Positions 9,414-18,385 of a DNA stretch of 33,806 bases are shown one piece after another. Each line of letters begins with the position of its first letter. Positions within the stretch are counted from its first letter, which is position 1. Source of the stretch: Xanthobacteraceae bacterium (GTDB taxonomy: Bacteria; Pseudomonadota; Alphaproteobacteria; Rhizobiales; Xanthobacteraceae); assembly GCA_036514935.1 (NCBI GenBank), contig DATBWJ010000100.1, positions 1 to 33,806 on the forward strand, given 5' to 3'. The notes below the pieces were generated by a model. The model had not been told where the DNA came from. It saw nothing but the letters and a program-made list of their open reading frames with translations, and ran no database searches. The position numbers and the translations under genes were made by a program.

Positions 9414-10316
9414 ATGCATATCGACGATTTCGAGTTCACCGAAATCAGGCTGATTGCGGAGCTATCGGAGCTGCGCAAGCTTTCGGCGGCGGCGGCCCGG
9501 CTCGGGCTGTCGCAATCCGCCGCCAGCCACGCGTTGGCGCGGCTGCGCCGGCGCGTCGGCGACCCGTTGTTCATCCGCAGCAGCACGGGTTTTTGCCCGA
9601 CCCCGTACGGCGAGCGGCTGGGCGCGGCCGCGCGCGAGGCGCTCAAGATTTTGCTCGATGGATTTGCCTCGAACCCATCGTTCGACCCCTTGGTGACGAC
9701 GCGCCGCTTCAACATCTTTCTAAGCGACGTCGGGCAGATGGTGTTCCTGCCCAAACTCCTCGCGCTGATGCAAGAGAAGGCGCCGAACGCGAGCCTGCGC
9801 GCCTGTCCAATCCCGCTCGAGGAGCCGGGCGCAGCACTCGCCTCGGGCGAGGTGGACCTGGCGGTCGGCCTCTTCACCACCCTGACCAGCGGCTTTCACC
9901 AAAGTCCGCTGTTTCGCGAGCATTACGTCTGCGTCGTACGCGCGGATCACCCCAATTTCCGTTCCGGCATGTCGTTCGAGGGCTTTGCCGCTTCGCCGCG
10001 GGCGTGGGCCGACGCCAGCGGAATGGCGCATGCCGATTTGGAGGCGGAACTGAGAAAGCAGGGCATCGCCGGCAAGGTGAGGCTCGTCGTGCCGCAGTTC
10101 ATGGTGCTGCCACTGGTCGTTGCCAATTCCGATCTGGTGGTGCTCATGCCGAGCCGCCTGGCCAAGTGCTTCTCGTCACTCGTGTCGATCAAGATATTGC
10201 GCACACCGGTGCCGCTGCGTCCCTACGATATCAAGGTTTATTGGCATGACCGCTTTCATCACGATCCCGCGAACCGCTGGTTGCGACGATCCTTCGTAGA
10301 GCTGTTCCGAGAATAG
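9414..10316 (+). CDS. LysR-family transcriptional regulator
   Basis: N-terminal wHTH IRLIAELSELRKLSAAAARLGLSQSAASHALARLRRRVGDPLF plus a substrate-binding domain. ATG at 9414, with an alternative GTG at 9405. Divergent from the TauD-like gene. Confidence 0.85.
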   Translation: MHIDDFEFTEIRLIAELSELRKLSAAAARLGLSQSAASHALARLRRRVGDPLFIRSSTGFCPTPYGERLGAAAREALKILLDGFASNPSFDPLVTTRRFNIFLSDVGQMVFLPKLLALMQEKAPNASLRACPIPLEEPGAALASGEVDLAVGLFTTLTSGFHQSPLFREHYVCVVRADHPNFRSGMSFEGFAASPRAWADASGMAHADLEAELRKQGIAGKVRLVVPQFMVLPLVVANSDLVVLMPSRLAKCFSSLVSIKILRTPVPLRPYDIKVYWHDRFHHDPANRWLRRSFVELFRE

Positions 10317-10849
10317 CCGGCGGGTTGCCGGGCGGCCGCGGATCGATGCGGATCGCACCGTTCAGCGGTTGCCGGACAGAAGGGGCTGACTGACTTGTCG
10401 ACGTCGTGCGATCGGGTGCGCTGCGGCCGGAACGCGACGCTGCCTCGCGTCTTCTCGTCAATGGCGTGATCGAGCGGCAGCAGCGCATTGGCGATGCGAC
10501 GGCGGCGGTTAACTTGCTCGCGGCCGCTGCGTCGGCCGTCGCTCAACATGCATGGTGTGCATAATATAGCTGCGCGCCCTGCTCTCGATGACGATTGCGC
10601 GGGAAGGCGAGCTCGAGTGACTCTGTCTGCAATCGAGGGCACGGAGCATGCTCGCAGCCTACCGGACCGAGAAGCGGGGCACCGTTTGTTGTTGTCGCCG
10701 CCCGAGCGCGCCCGCGAAGACCGCGCCCGTCATCGCCCATCGCCTGTCGTCCCGGGCAGGCCACTTCTGGTCCCGTTGATTCTGCTGCCGATGCGACTGC
10801 TCGTGGATCGACTCAACCCTTGGCGGCCTCGTTTGCCGGCGGCTAGAGC

Positions 10850-10947
10850 ATTTTCAGGAAAAGTGGAATCCGGTTTTCCGTCCGAAAATGCGACCACGCA
10901 AAAATCTAGAGCGCTTTCAGTTTCCATAGAAACTGAAAACGCTCTAG
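10850..10947. repeat. REP-like intergenic element ending in a 19-bp-stem hairpin
   Basis: CTAGAGCGCTTTCAGTTTC (10906..10924), loop CATA, GAAACTGAAAACGCTCTAG (10929..10947), one mismatch. Preceded by GGAATCCGGTTTTCCGTCCGAAAATGCGACCACGCAAAAAT. From memory this resembles a repeat family seen in Rhizobiales intergenic DNA. Confidence 0.5.
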
Positions 10948-11030
10948 GATGCAGTGAACATGTGTTAAATCATCACGTTATAGCGCAACGGAACCGCCAA
11001 TCTCGATGCTGTTGTAGAAGGGAAGGCCCC

Positions 11031-11273
11031 ATGCCGCCGGTTATAGACGACATTAGATGCAACGGTTGCGGAATATGCGTCGACATTTGTCCGACGGACG
11101 TCTTCGGCGTCACCAAGAAAAAAGCCATTCCCGCGGTCACCTATCCCGAGGAGTGCTGGCATTGCAATGCCTGTTTGCTGGATTGCGCAAAGGCTGCCAT
11201 TCGACTTCGCATTCCTCTTGCGCAAAGGATGCTTTACGTGGATGCGCGCAACAGGAGTGGCGAACGTGCTTGA
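11031..11273 (+). CDS. Small 2x[4Fe-4S] ferredoxin, AprB-like
   Basis: ATG at 11031 preceded by GAAGGGAAGG. CNGCGICVDICP and CWHCNACLLDC cluster motifs. The second motif, with the PEECWHC context, resembles the adenylylsulfate reductase beta subunit. Confidence 0.75.
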   Translation: MPPVIDDIRCNGCGICVDICPTDVFGVTKKKAIPAVTYPEECWHCNACLLDCAKAAIRLRIPLAQRMLYVDARNRSGERA

Positions 11274-12933
11274 ATTTGATCGCGAACCCATCGAGACCGA
11301 CGTGCTTGTTGTGGGTGGCGGCATCGCCGGGCTGATGGCGGCAATTCGAGCCGCGCAGGAGGGCGTACGCGTCCTGGTGGCCGAAAAGGCCAACACCAAT
11401 AGAAGCGGGTCCGGCGCGACCGGCAACGACCATTTTTGCTGCTATATCCCGGAAATCCATGGCGGCGACATCGCGCCAATCCTGCGAGAATACAAGAACA
11501 GCCTGGTCGGGGGTTATGCGGACGATGCCCTGGCCACCCAGTTCCTTGAACGGTCGTTCGAGCGGGTAAGAGACTGGGACAAATGGGGCATTCCCATGCG
11601 CCCGACGGGCACATGGGAATTTACCGGTCATGCTTTCCCCGATCGTCCCAGGATCTGGCTCAAATACGCCGGAGAAAACCAGAAGAAGGTGCTGACTATT
11701 CAGGCCAAGAAAAAGCGCGTGCGCATCATGAACAACCTGCCTGTGACGGATGTCATTACGCACGGTGGACAAATCGCAGGCGCCATCGGCTTTAGCGTGA
11801 GGGCGAGAAACCCGGTATTGCAGATCATTCGAGCAAAATCGGTGGTTCTTGCAACGGGCTCGGCGAGCAGACTTTATCCGTCAGTGAGTCCCGGACGGCT
11901 GTTCAATACCGCCTTTTGTCCAAGTTGTACCGGGGCGGCGCAAGCTGCCGGTTACCGGGCCGGCGCCAAGCTTGTGAACATGGAATTCCCCAATTGCCAT
12001 GCGGGCCCAAAGTACTTTGCGCGCGCTGGCAAGGCTACCTGGATCGGCCTCGTCGCTGATCCTTACGGCAAGCCGGTGGGTCCGTTCTTGACCAAGCCAT
12101 CGAAGGAGCTGGGCGATATCACGGCTGACGTATGGAACACGGTTTTTACGGACATGTTCGCATCGGGAAAAGGACCGGCCTACATGGACTGTAGCGCGAC
12201 CTCTCCTCAGGACATCGAATACATGATGTGGGGCATGAAGCACGAAGGCAACACGGCAATGCTTGCCTACATGAAGGACAAAGCCATCGATGTCCGCAAA
12301 CATATGGTCGAGTTCATGCGATATGAGCCTCATCTCATCGGTCGCGGCATCGAGATCGGCCTCGACGGTGAGACCAGCGTGAGCGGTCTTTTCGCTGCCG
12401 GAGACCCGGTGGGTAATTTCAGGGCCGATATCGCCGGGGCCGCCACCTATGGATGGATCGCGGGGGCGGGCGCCGCCGAAAGAGCGAAAGGACGCAGCGA
12501 ATTCGAAAAGATGGAGGATAGTCCGACCGCGCGCGAACGGGCGAAGATTTGCTCGCGCTTCATGCGAGACGAGGCGGGTCCAGGCTGGCAGGAAGCGAAC
12601 ATGGCCCTTCAGCAGATCATGATCGACTATGCCGGACTGGCCAGAAGTGAAACCTTGCTCAAGGCGGGGCTGAAATATCTGGGCGATCTCAGGGAGGAGG
12701 TGCTGGACACCATGATCGCGGCGAATGCCCATGAATTGATGCGATGCATGGAGGTTCTCGACCTGATGGAATGCGCGGAAGTGATCTTCTTCGCTGCCCT
12801 TGAGCGCAAGGAGACGCGCGGACTTCACAAGAGGCTGGATTTTCCCTTCACCAATCCACTCCTTCAGGACAGGTTCATCACCGTCGAACGAGAACCCGGC
12901 GAGCCGAGGCTTCGGTGGCGCGACAGACACTAA
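11266..12933 (+). CDS. FAD-dependent oxidoreductase of the AprA / succinate dehydrogenase-fumarate reductase flavoprotein superfamily
   Basis: DVLVVGGGIAGLMAAIRAAQEG dinucleotide fold. C-terminal ERKETRGLHKRLDFP motif typical of SdhA/NadB/AprA-like proteins. GTG at 11266 has AGGAG 8 nt upstream and overlaps the ferredoxin stop (GTGCTTGA). An alternative ATG lies at 11242. Confidence 0.75.
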   Translation: MLEFDREPIETDVLVVGGGIAGLMAAIRAAQEGVRVLVAEKANTNRSGSGATGNDHFCCYIPEIHGGDIAPILREYKNSLVGGYADDALATQFLERSFERVRDWDKWGIPMRPTGTWEFTGHAFPDRPRIWLKYAGENQKKVLTIQAKKKRVRIMNNLPVTDVITHGGQIAGAIGFSVRARNPVLQIIRAKSVVLATGSASRLYPSVSPGRLFNTAFCPSCTGAAQAAGYRAGAKLVNMEFPNCHAGPKYFARAGKATWIGLVADPYGKPVGPFLTKPSKELGDITADVWNTVFTDMFASGKGPAYMDCSATSPQDIEYMMWGMKHEGNTAMLAYMKDKAIDVRKHMVEFMRYEPHLIGRGIEIGLDGETSVSGLFAAGDPVGNFRADIAGAATYGWIAGAGAAERAKGRSEFEKMEDSPTARERAKICSRFMRDEAGPGWQEANMALQQIMIDYAGLARSETLLKAGLKYLGDLREEVLDTMIAANAHELMRCMEVLDLMECAEVIFFAALERKETRGLHKRLDFPFTNPLLQDRFITVEREPGEPRLRWRDRH

Positions 12934-13392
12934 ACCATGATGATTTTAGGTTGGTGCATAGCCTGAGCTTCTGAACTAGCTGGCGCATTCTTCGGGCGTG
13001 AACGCTGCGAGGAGTTCGCCGGGTCTCGAACGAAGGTCGAGCGTTCCATCGATGAATTGCAGACCGAAGCGTGCTTGCCACCTCGTTGCCGGAATTTCTG
13101 ACTGCTTTCGCCCGGCTCGGCTGCTCCCTTCAGGTTGCCGCACTCATCCGCGACGTGGGCGCAGCGCCGTCGTCGCAGCCGGCGACCGGCTTGGCGGCAT
13201 GGCACAACCAATTGAAAGTGCTCGCGGATTCGCGCGGCAACCGGCCGGCGTCGCCTCCCGCCGAGCGCGTCGCGCCACGCCCTCCTCGCCGCCGCCTTTA
13301 GGCCGTGCTCCCACACCACCGCTTAAAGGGAATTTGTGGTAGGCTTCTCTGGGGTTCCACAGAAGCCTGCCGAGAGTTCCGGCCGCACAGCC

Positions 13393-14970
13393 ATGGCCAC
13401 GGGTAGCGTTGCGTCTGGACCTGACCGCGCCCGTCATCGCGGCGGACTGGTCACTGCGACCATCGATTACCACGCGATTCTCGCGAGCACCGTCGCCGCG
13501 TTCCGTCCGAATACCGCCAAGGCGCGCCGCGCCGCCTATGACCACGCCCGCAAGGTCGTGCAGGAGCGCCTGCGCGCCGCGCGCCCGCAGCTTTCGAAGC
13601 ACCTGGTCAAGCTGGAGCAGCTCGCGCTCGAACTCGCCATCAACAAGGTGGAGAGCGAGGCACGCTGGCGCGTGCTCACCGACGCCGTGCAGCTTGCGGC
13701 TTGCGTGGCGGCGTGGGCGGTGGAGACGAGCGGCATGCTGAGGGCAGCGCTGTGGCGTCGGCGGCGTCAGCTCCTGCGTGCGCTGGCGCCGTTCGGGCTG
13801 GCGCTGATGTTTGCCTGCGGCGCCGTCGCCTATTGGTTCGTCGCCGCAGGCTCAAGCAATCGAGTGGTGGCGCGATCGAGCCCGCCAGCCCCGATTTCCC
13901 GGGCGCCGTCCGATGCCGTCCGCGCAGTGCACGCCGATGCGACCGGCGCGGTAGCGCGGGAGCGTTTCGCCGCGCTCGACCGCGTCGGCGCGACGCATGT
14001 CCTGAGCGGGTGCGACGCCGCCACCGATCCGATTGCGCGGATCACCTGCGCGCAGGCCGGGATCGACGCCTCGGAGCGCGGAACCGAGGCGCACGGCGCC
14101 GGTGGATTGCCGCCATGGATTGCGGCCTACGGCGAGTTCCAGGAAGCCGCGGCGCCATCGCGGGCCGCCCGGGAGGCGCCAGCGTCGTCGTTGCCTGCGG
14201 GCGGGTCGGGTTCAGGCAAGGCGCGCGAGTTGGTCGAAAGCGGCAAACGCTGGGCAAAGAAGAATGATCTCGACCGCGCCATCCGCGATTTCACCGAAGC
14301 GATACGCATCGACCCGCTGTTCGCAGACGCCTATCTCAGCCGCGGCCAGTCGCTGTTCAAGCTGGGCAACGTGGCCCGCGCCATCGCGGACTTCAACGAG
14401 TGCATTCGCCTCGAGCCGCGCAACGCCTTCGCCGCCCGCTCGCGCGGCATGGCGCTGCTTTATAGCAGCGATGAGGGGCTCGCGCTGGCCGACCTCACGA
14501 GAGCGATCCAGTTGGCGGAAGCGGAGAGCGCCCGCATGAGCGCGCTCGACCTGTTCTACACGCGCCGCAGTCGCGCCGCGCTTTACGACAAGAAGCAGCT
14601 CTACGAGCGCGAGATCCAGGACCTGACCGCGATGATCGACGCCTATTGGAAGGATCCGCTGCTCGCCGAGGCGCTGCGGATCAACTACCGGGAAACCGGC
14701 GCGGCCAGCCTGATGGCGTCGATCTATCGCTTGCGTTCGGGCGTCCACCAGAGGATGGGCAAGCACGACCTTGCCATCGCCGACCTGTCGTTTGCGCTGC
14801 AGCTCGATTCCCAGCGCGCTTTCGCGATCCTGCTCGAGCGCGCGCGAATCCAGGAGGCGCTCGGCCGGCGCGATCAGGCCATTGCCGACCTCCAGCGCGC
14901 GCTCGAAATCAATCCGGCCAGCCAGGAAGCCAAGAACGGCCTGGTGCGCCTCAAAGGCCAGGCGTCATAG
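13393..14970 (+). CDS. TPR-repeat protein with a central hydrophobic segment
   Basis: ORF 13336..14970. Probable TM segment LRALAPFGLALMFACGAVAYWFVAAG. C-terminal half holds repeated TPR-like units (AIRDFTEAIRIDPLFADAYLSRG, AIADFNECIRLEPRNAFA, AIADLQRALEINPASQEA). Start is uncertain: GTG at 13336 or ATG at 13393. Confidence 0.7.
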   Translation: MATGSVASGPDRARHRGGLVTATIDYHAILASTVAAFRPNTAKARRAAYDHARKVVQERLRAARPQLSKHLVKLEQLALELAINKVESEARWRVLTDAVQLAACVAAWAVETSGMLRAALWRRRRQLLRALAPFGLALMFACGAVAYWFVAAGSSNRVVARSSPPAPISRAPSDAVRAVHADATGAVARERFAALDRVGATHVLSGCDAATDPIARITCAQAGIDASERGTEAHGAGGLPPWIAAYGEFQEAAAPSRAAREAPASSLPAGGSGSGKARELVESGKRWAKKNDLDRAIRDFTEAIRIDPLFADAYLSRGQSLFKLGNVARAIADFNECIRLEPRNAFAARSRGMALLYSSDEGLALADLTRAIQLAEAESARMSALDLFYTRRSRAALYDKKQLYEREIQDLTAMIDAYWKDPLLAEALRINYRETGAASLMASIYRLRSGVHQRMGKHDLAIADLSFALQLDSQRAFAILLERARIQEALGRRDQAIADLQRALEINPASQEAKNGLVRLKGQAS

Positions 14971-15021
14971 CGGGCGTCCGGCTGGGGGCGGCGTAGCCGG
15001 CATCTCTGGTCGCCTCCATGG

Positions 15022-15042
15022 CCTTAGGTGGAATTCCTTAGG
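15022..15042 (+). promoter_or_regulatory. Direct repeat CCTTAGG-N7-CCTTAGG upstream of fixK, candidate FixJ-P binding site
   Basis: CCTTAGGTGGAATTCCTTAGG, with a central GGAATTCC palindrome, 71-91 nt upstream of the fixK ATG. No FixK box occurs in this gap. Assignment to FixJ is by position and cascade logic only. Confidence 0.35.
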
Positions 15043-15112
15043 GACGATCCCTGAATTTTCTTTGCCGGAGCAGGCCGTAGGTTGCGCGCACGGACACCTC
15101 AAGGAGCGTGCC

Positions 15113-15796
15113 ATGCAAGCTCAGACCATCGTTCAGGACGGCCGTTCGACTCGCAGCTACCGCCGGCAGGTCATTTGCGCCAATCCGCATCTGATGTTCG
15201 GCGCTCCCGACCTCGCCGGCCTGCCGATGCCCTTCGAGCGCAACGCCGAAATCTATGGGGAGGGCGAGCCGGCGGACTACCTCTACAAGGTCATGAGCGG
15301 AGCCGTGCGGACCTACAAGGTCCTCACCGACGGCCGTCGCCAGATCAGCGCGTTCCACCTGCCCGGCGACGTGTTCGGCATCGAGCCGGGCAAGCAGCAT
15401 GCATGGTCCGCCGAAGCGGTCGGCAATTCCAGCATCGTGCTCGTCAAGCGCAGCCTCGTGCTCAGGGCGGCGGCGCGCGACGGCGAAGTGGCGCAGGCGC
15501 TGTGGTCGTTGACCGCCCGCGAGCTGCGGCGTGCCCAGGACCACACGATGTTGCTCGTCAAGAGCGCGCAGGAACGAGTAGCTGCCTTCCTCCTCGAAAT
15601 GTCGCAACTCATGCCCGGCGCGAGCATCATGGAGTTGCCGATGTCCCGCCAGGACATCGCCGATTACCTCGGCCTCACTATCGAGACCGTCTCGCGCACG
15701 CTGACGCTGCTTGAAGAGACCGCCACCATCGAGCTGGTCGCGTCGCGCCGAATCGTTTTGCGCAACCGTTCCGTGCTGAACCGACTCAATAGCTGA
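15113..15796 (+). CDS. fixK: Crp/Fnr-family transcriptional activator, FixK type (no N-terminal Cys cluster)
   Basis: ATG preceded by AAGGAG. cNMP-like effector fold. C-terminal HTH SRQDIADYLGLTIETVSRTLTLL with the E--SR recognition residues used for TTGA half-sites. Only one Cys in the N-terminal region, so not an FNR-type [4Fe-4S] sensor. Confidence 0.85.
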   Translation: MQAQTIVQDGRSTRSYRRQVICANPHLMFGAPDLAGLPMPFERNAEIYGEGEPADYLYKVMSGAVRTYKVLTDGRRQISAFHLPGDVFGIEPGKQHAWSAEAVGNSSIVLVKRSLVLRAAARDGEVAQALWSLTARELRRAQDHTMLLVKSAQERVAAFLLEMSQLMPGASIMELPMSRQDIADYLGLTIETVSRTLTLLEETATIELVASRRIVLRNRSVLNRLNS

Positions 15797-15831
15797 GCGG
15801 TCGCGCCCGCTGCCGCCGCGAGGCTAGCGCC

Positions 15832-16551
15832 ATGAAAGCAGCAGACGTGATGACGCCGAACCCGCTGTCGGTGCGGCCGGACGCTGCCGTCAGCGAGGCG
15901 CTTCGCCTGATGCTGCAACGCGGGTTCGGTGGCCTGCCGGTGACCGGCGAGGACGGGGCCGTGGTTGGCATCCTCACCGAAGGCGACCTGTCGCGGCGGG
16001 CGCGGACGGGAACCCGCCGGCAGCTCCGTTGGGTGGAGTTTCTCGTCGGCCGCCGCGCGGGCGAGCGCGCACGCACCGGCGCCCGCAAGGTCGCCGAGGT
16101 CATGACGCGCGACATCGTCACGGTCGGCGAGGACACCTCGCTCGAAGAGATCGTGCAGCTCATGGAACTGCACAGAATCAAGCGCCTGCCGGTGGTGCGC
16201 GAGGGCATGCTGGTCGGCATTGTAAGCCGCGCCAATCTGCTGCGGGCGCTCGCCAGCCTCGCGCGCGAGACGCGGCCGACCTCGGTCGATGACACTTCCA
16301 TTCGCCAGCGGCTGGTGGCCGAGCTGAGCCGGCAGCCGGGGCGGTCGTCCTGCTTCGTGAATGTGGTGGTGAGAAACGGCGTCGTTCATCTGTGGGGGAC
16401 GATCCTCGATGAGCGCCAGCGGCGCGGCATCCGTGTCGCCGCGGAGAATACCGCCGGCGTGAATGCGGTCGAGGATCACCTGGTCTGGGTCGATCCGAGT
16501 TCCAGCTTGACGATGGTTGCCGAGAACGAGGCGCGGCAGGGAGCCCGGTGA
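15832..16551 (+). CDS. CBS-pair plus BON domain protein
   Basis: Two CBS motifs (VMTPNPLSVRPDAAVSEALRLMLQRGFGGLPV and VMTRDIVTVGEDTSLEEIVQLMELHRIKRLPV) and a C-terminal BON-like VVVRNGVVHLWGTILDERQRRGIRVAAENTAGVNAVEDHL. Only 35 nt downstream of fixK. Confidence 0.8.
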   Translation: MKAADVMTPNPLSVRPDAAVSEALRLMLQRGFGGLPVTGEDGAVVGILTEGDLSRRARTGTRRQLRWVEFLVGRRAGERARTGARKVAEVMTRDIVTVGEDTSLEEIVQLMELHRIKRLPVVREGMLVGIVSRANLLRALASLARETRPTSVDDTSIRQRLVAELSRQPGRSSCFVNVVVRNGVVHLWGTILDERQRRGIRVAAENTAGVNAVEDHLVWVDPSSSLTMVAENEARQGAR

Positions 16552-16641
16552 GGTGCCACTTCCTCAAACATTCGATCATGTCGCGCGCGTGGCGATTTCA
16601 CTCGCCGAGAGGCCGCAGCTTGGCTCTCGGACGCGGCTGCG

Positions 16642-17472
16642 ATGACCGACAACGCGTCTCAGCGGCGATCGAAAGCCTATCGGCTGGCCGTTCTTGACCC
16701 CGACTTCCTGCTCGGCGACTCGCTGCGCGGAGTGCGGTTGCTGCTCGAATTCACCAAAGCGGAGGAACGGCTGCGCCAATGGGGCATTCACTCGACCGTC
16801 GTCGTCTTCGGAAGCGCGCGCAACGAACGCCCTCCCCCTGGCGCAGGGCGCGCCGTCGGCGCGCCGATGCCGGCGGTCGCGCGGCATGACTGGTGGTACG
16901 AAGAGGCGCGTCGGTTTGCAGCGATCGTCTCGCAACGCGGCGGCGCCATGCGCTCGCGAGGCATGCGCGAGAACGTGATTGCGACCGGGGGCGGCCCTGG
17001 GCTGATGGAAGCGGCCAACCGCGGAGCGTTTGAAGCGGGCGCGCCCTCGATCGGCTTCAACATCGATCTTCCCGAGGAGCAGGAGCCAAATCCCTATACG
17101 ACGCCCGAGCTCACGTTCCGCTTTCACTCCTTCGCCATTCGCAAGATGCATCTCGCCATGCGGGCGTCCGCGCTGGTGGCGTTCCCGGGCGGCTTTGGCA
17201 CGCTGGACGAGCTTTTCGAGATTCTGACGCTGGTTCAGGCCAAGAAGATGCCGCCCGTGGCGATCGTGTGCTTCGATCGCAGCTATTGGACGCGGGTCAT
17301 CAATTTTGACGCGCTGATCGATGCCGGCATGATCTCGCGCTCGGACTTCGAGCTGTTGACGTTCGCCGATGATGCTGAGGAGGCGTGGGAGGCGCTCGTC
17401 ACGCGCGGTCTTCGCACGCGAGCTTCCGCGACGCATCCGAAACGCCGCCTGTCGGATCGCGCCGACGTCTGA
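16642..17472 (+). CDS. LOG / TIGR00730-family protein (nucleotide N-glycosidase fold, lysine-decarboxylase-like annotation class)
   Basis: GGGPGLMEAANRGA and PGGFGTLDELFE signature motifs. Confidence 0.8.
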   Translation: MTDNASQRRSKAYRLAVLDPDFLLGDSLRGVRLLLEFTKAEERLRQWGIHSTVVVFGSARNERPPPGAGRAVGAPMPAVARHDWWYEEARRFAAIVSQRGGAMRSRGMRENVIATGGGPGLMEAANRGAFEAGAPSIGFNIDLPEEQEPNPYTTPELTFRFHSFAIRKMHLAMRASALVAFPGGFGTLDELFEILTLVQAKKMPPVAIVCFDRSYWTRVINFDALIDAGMISRSDFELLTFADDAEEAWEALVTRGLRTRASATHPKRRLSDRADV

Positions 17473-17474
17473 GG

Positions 17475-18335
17475 CTAGTGCATCATCAGGACGGGCACGC
17501 CGGCGCGCTCGAGAAAGGCGCGCGTGCAGCCGCCGAACACGCGTTCGCGCACGCGGCTGCGGCCATAGGCGCCGAGCACGATCAGATCGGCCTCGTTCGC
17601 ATCGACGGCATCGGCAAGCACGTCGGCGGTCGCGCGCGCCTGGGCGGCCAGGCTGCGGGCCTGCGCCTCGATGCCGTGACGCGCCAGTTGGCGGACGACC
17701 TCGTTTGCTCCCGCGCCGTCGGCCTCGCCTTCCTCGACGTGGATCACCACGACGCGCGCGGCCTGCCTCAGCAGCGGCAAGGCGGCGCTGACGGCGCGCG
17801 CGGACTGCGGCGTTTCCTTCCAGCATACCATCGCGGTTCCACGCATCGACGGCCGGGCCAGCGCGGGCGCGACCAGCAGCGGGCGCCCGCTCCCGAACAA
17901 CACCGCCTCGATGTCGCCGGTGGCGAAGGTGCCGGCGGGACCCGGCCGTCCCATCACCACCAGGTCGCAATGGCGGGCATGAAAGGCGAGGCCGCCAGGT
18001 GCGCCGCGCTCCTCGCGCCAGGCGGCCGTCACGCCGGCCGGCGCGGCCGGCTCGTCGCGGAGCGCAACGCCTCTGCGTTCGCACAGGCTCGCAAAGGCGC
18101 TGCGCGCGGTCGCGCTCTGCTGCTCCGACTCCATGTCGAGAGCGGCCAGCGCCGGCGAGATCGCTCCGCCAAACGCGAATTCCAGATAGGGCTTGCTCTC
18201 GATGGCCTTGACCAGATCGCCGCGGAAATAAAGCAGGTCGACGTGGGCGCCGGCCGTCTCGGCTGCCATCAGCGCAGTATCGAGAACCGATTCTTCCAAC
18301 GTCCCGGCTGCCGGGACAAGGATGGTCTTGATCAT
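17475..18335 (-). CDS. Tandem-domain universal stress protein (UspA family)
   Basis: 286 aa with two USP domains, the second ending in DLIVLGAYGRSRVRERVFGGCTRAFLERAGVPVLMMH. Its stop lies 2 nt from the convergent LOG stop. Confidence 0.85.
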   Translation of the reverse strand: MIKTILVPAAGTLEESVLDTALMAAETAGAHVDLLYFRGDLVKAIESKPYLEFAFGGAISPALAALDMESEQQSATARSAFASLCERRGVALRDEPAAPAGVTAAWREERGAPGGLAFHARHCDLVVMGRPGPAGTFATGDIEAVLFGSGRPLLVAPALARPSMRGTAMVCWKETPQSARAVSAALPLLRQAARVVVIHVEEGEADGAGANEVVRQLARHGIEAQARSLAAQARATADVLADAVDANEADLIVLGAYGRSRVRERVFGGCTRAFLERAGVPVLMMH

Positions 18336-18385
18336 GATAGTGGTCCGCGCACGTTGCGAGCCTATCGGCGGGGCCGCACCGGGCC

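Noticed and set aside
10259-10642. 127-aa minus-strand ORF downstream of an AT-rich patch
   Set aside because: It would overlap the LysR gene 3' end convergently by 58 nt. Arg-rich, no domain recognised, and weaker codon bias than its neighbours. Left as part of the unexplained 714-bp gap.
13071-13301. 76-aa plus-strand ORF in the gap after the flavoprotein
   Set aside because: GTG start with no RBS. Pro/Arg-rich C-terminus, no recognisable motif, and only moderate third-position GC. Not enough evidence to call a gene.
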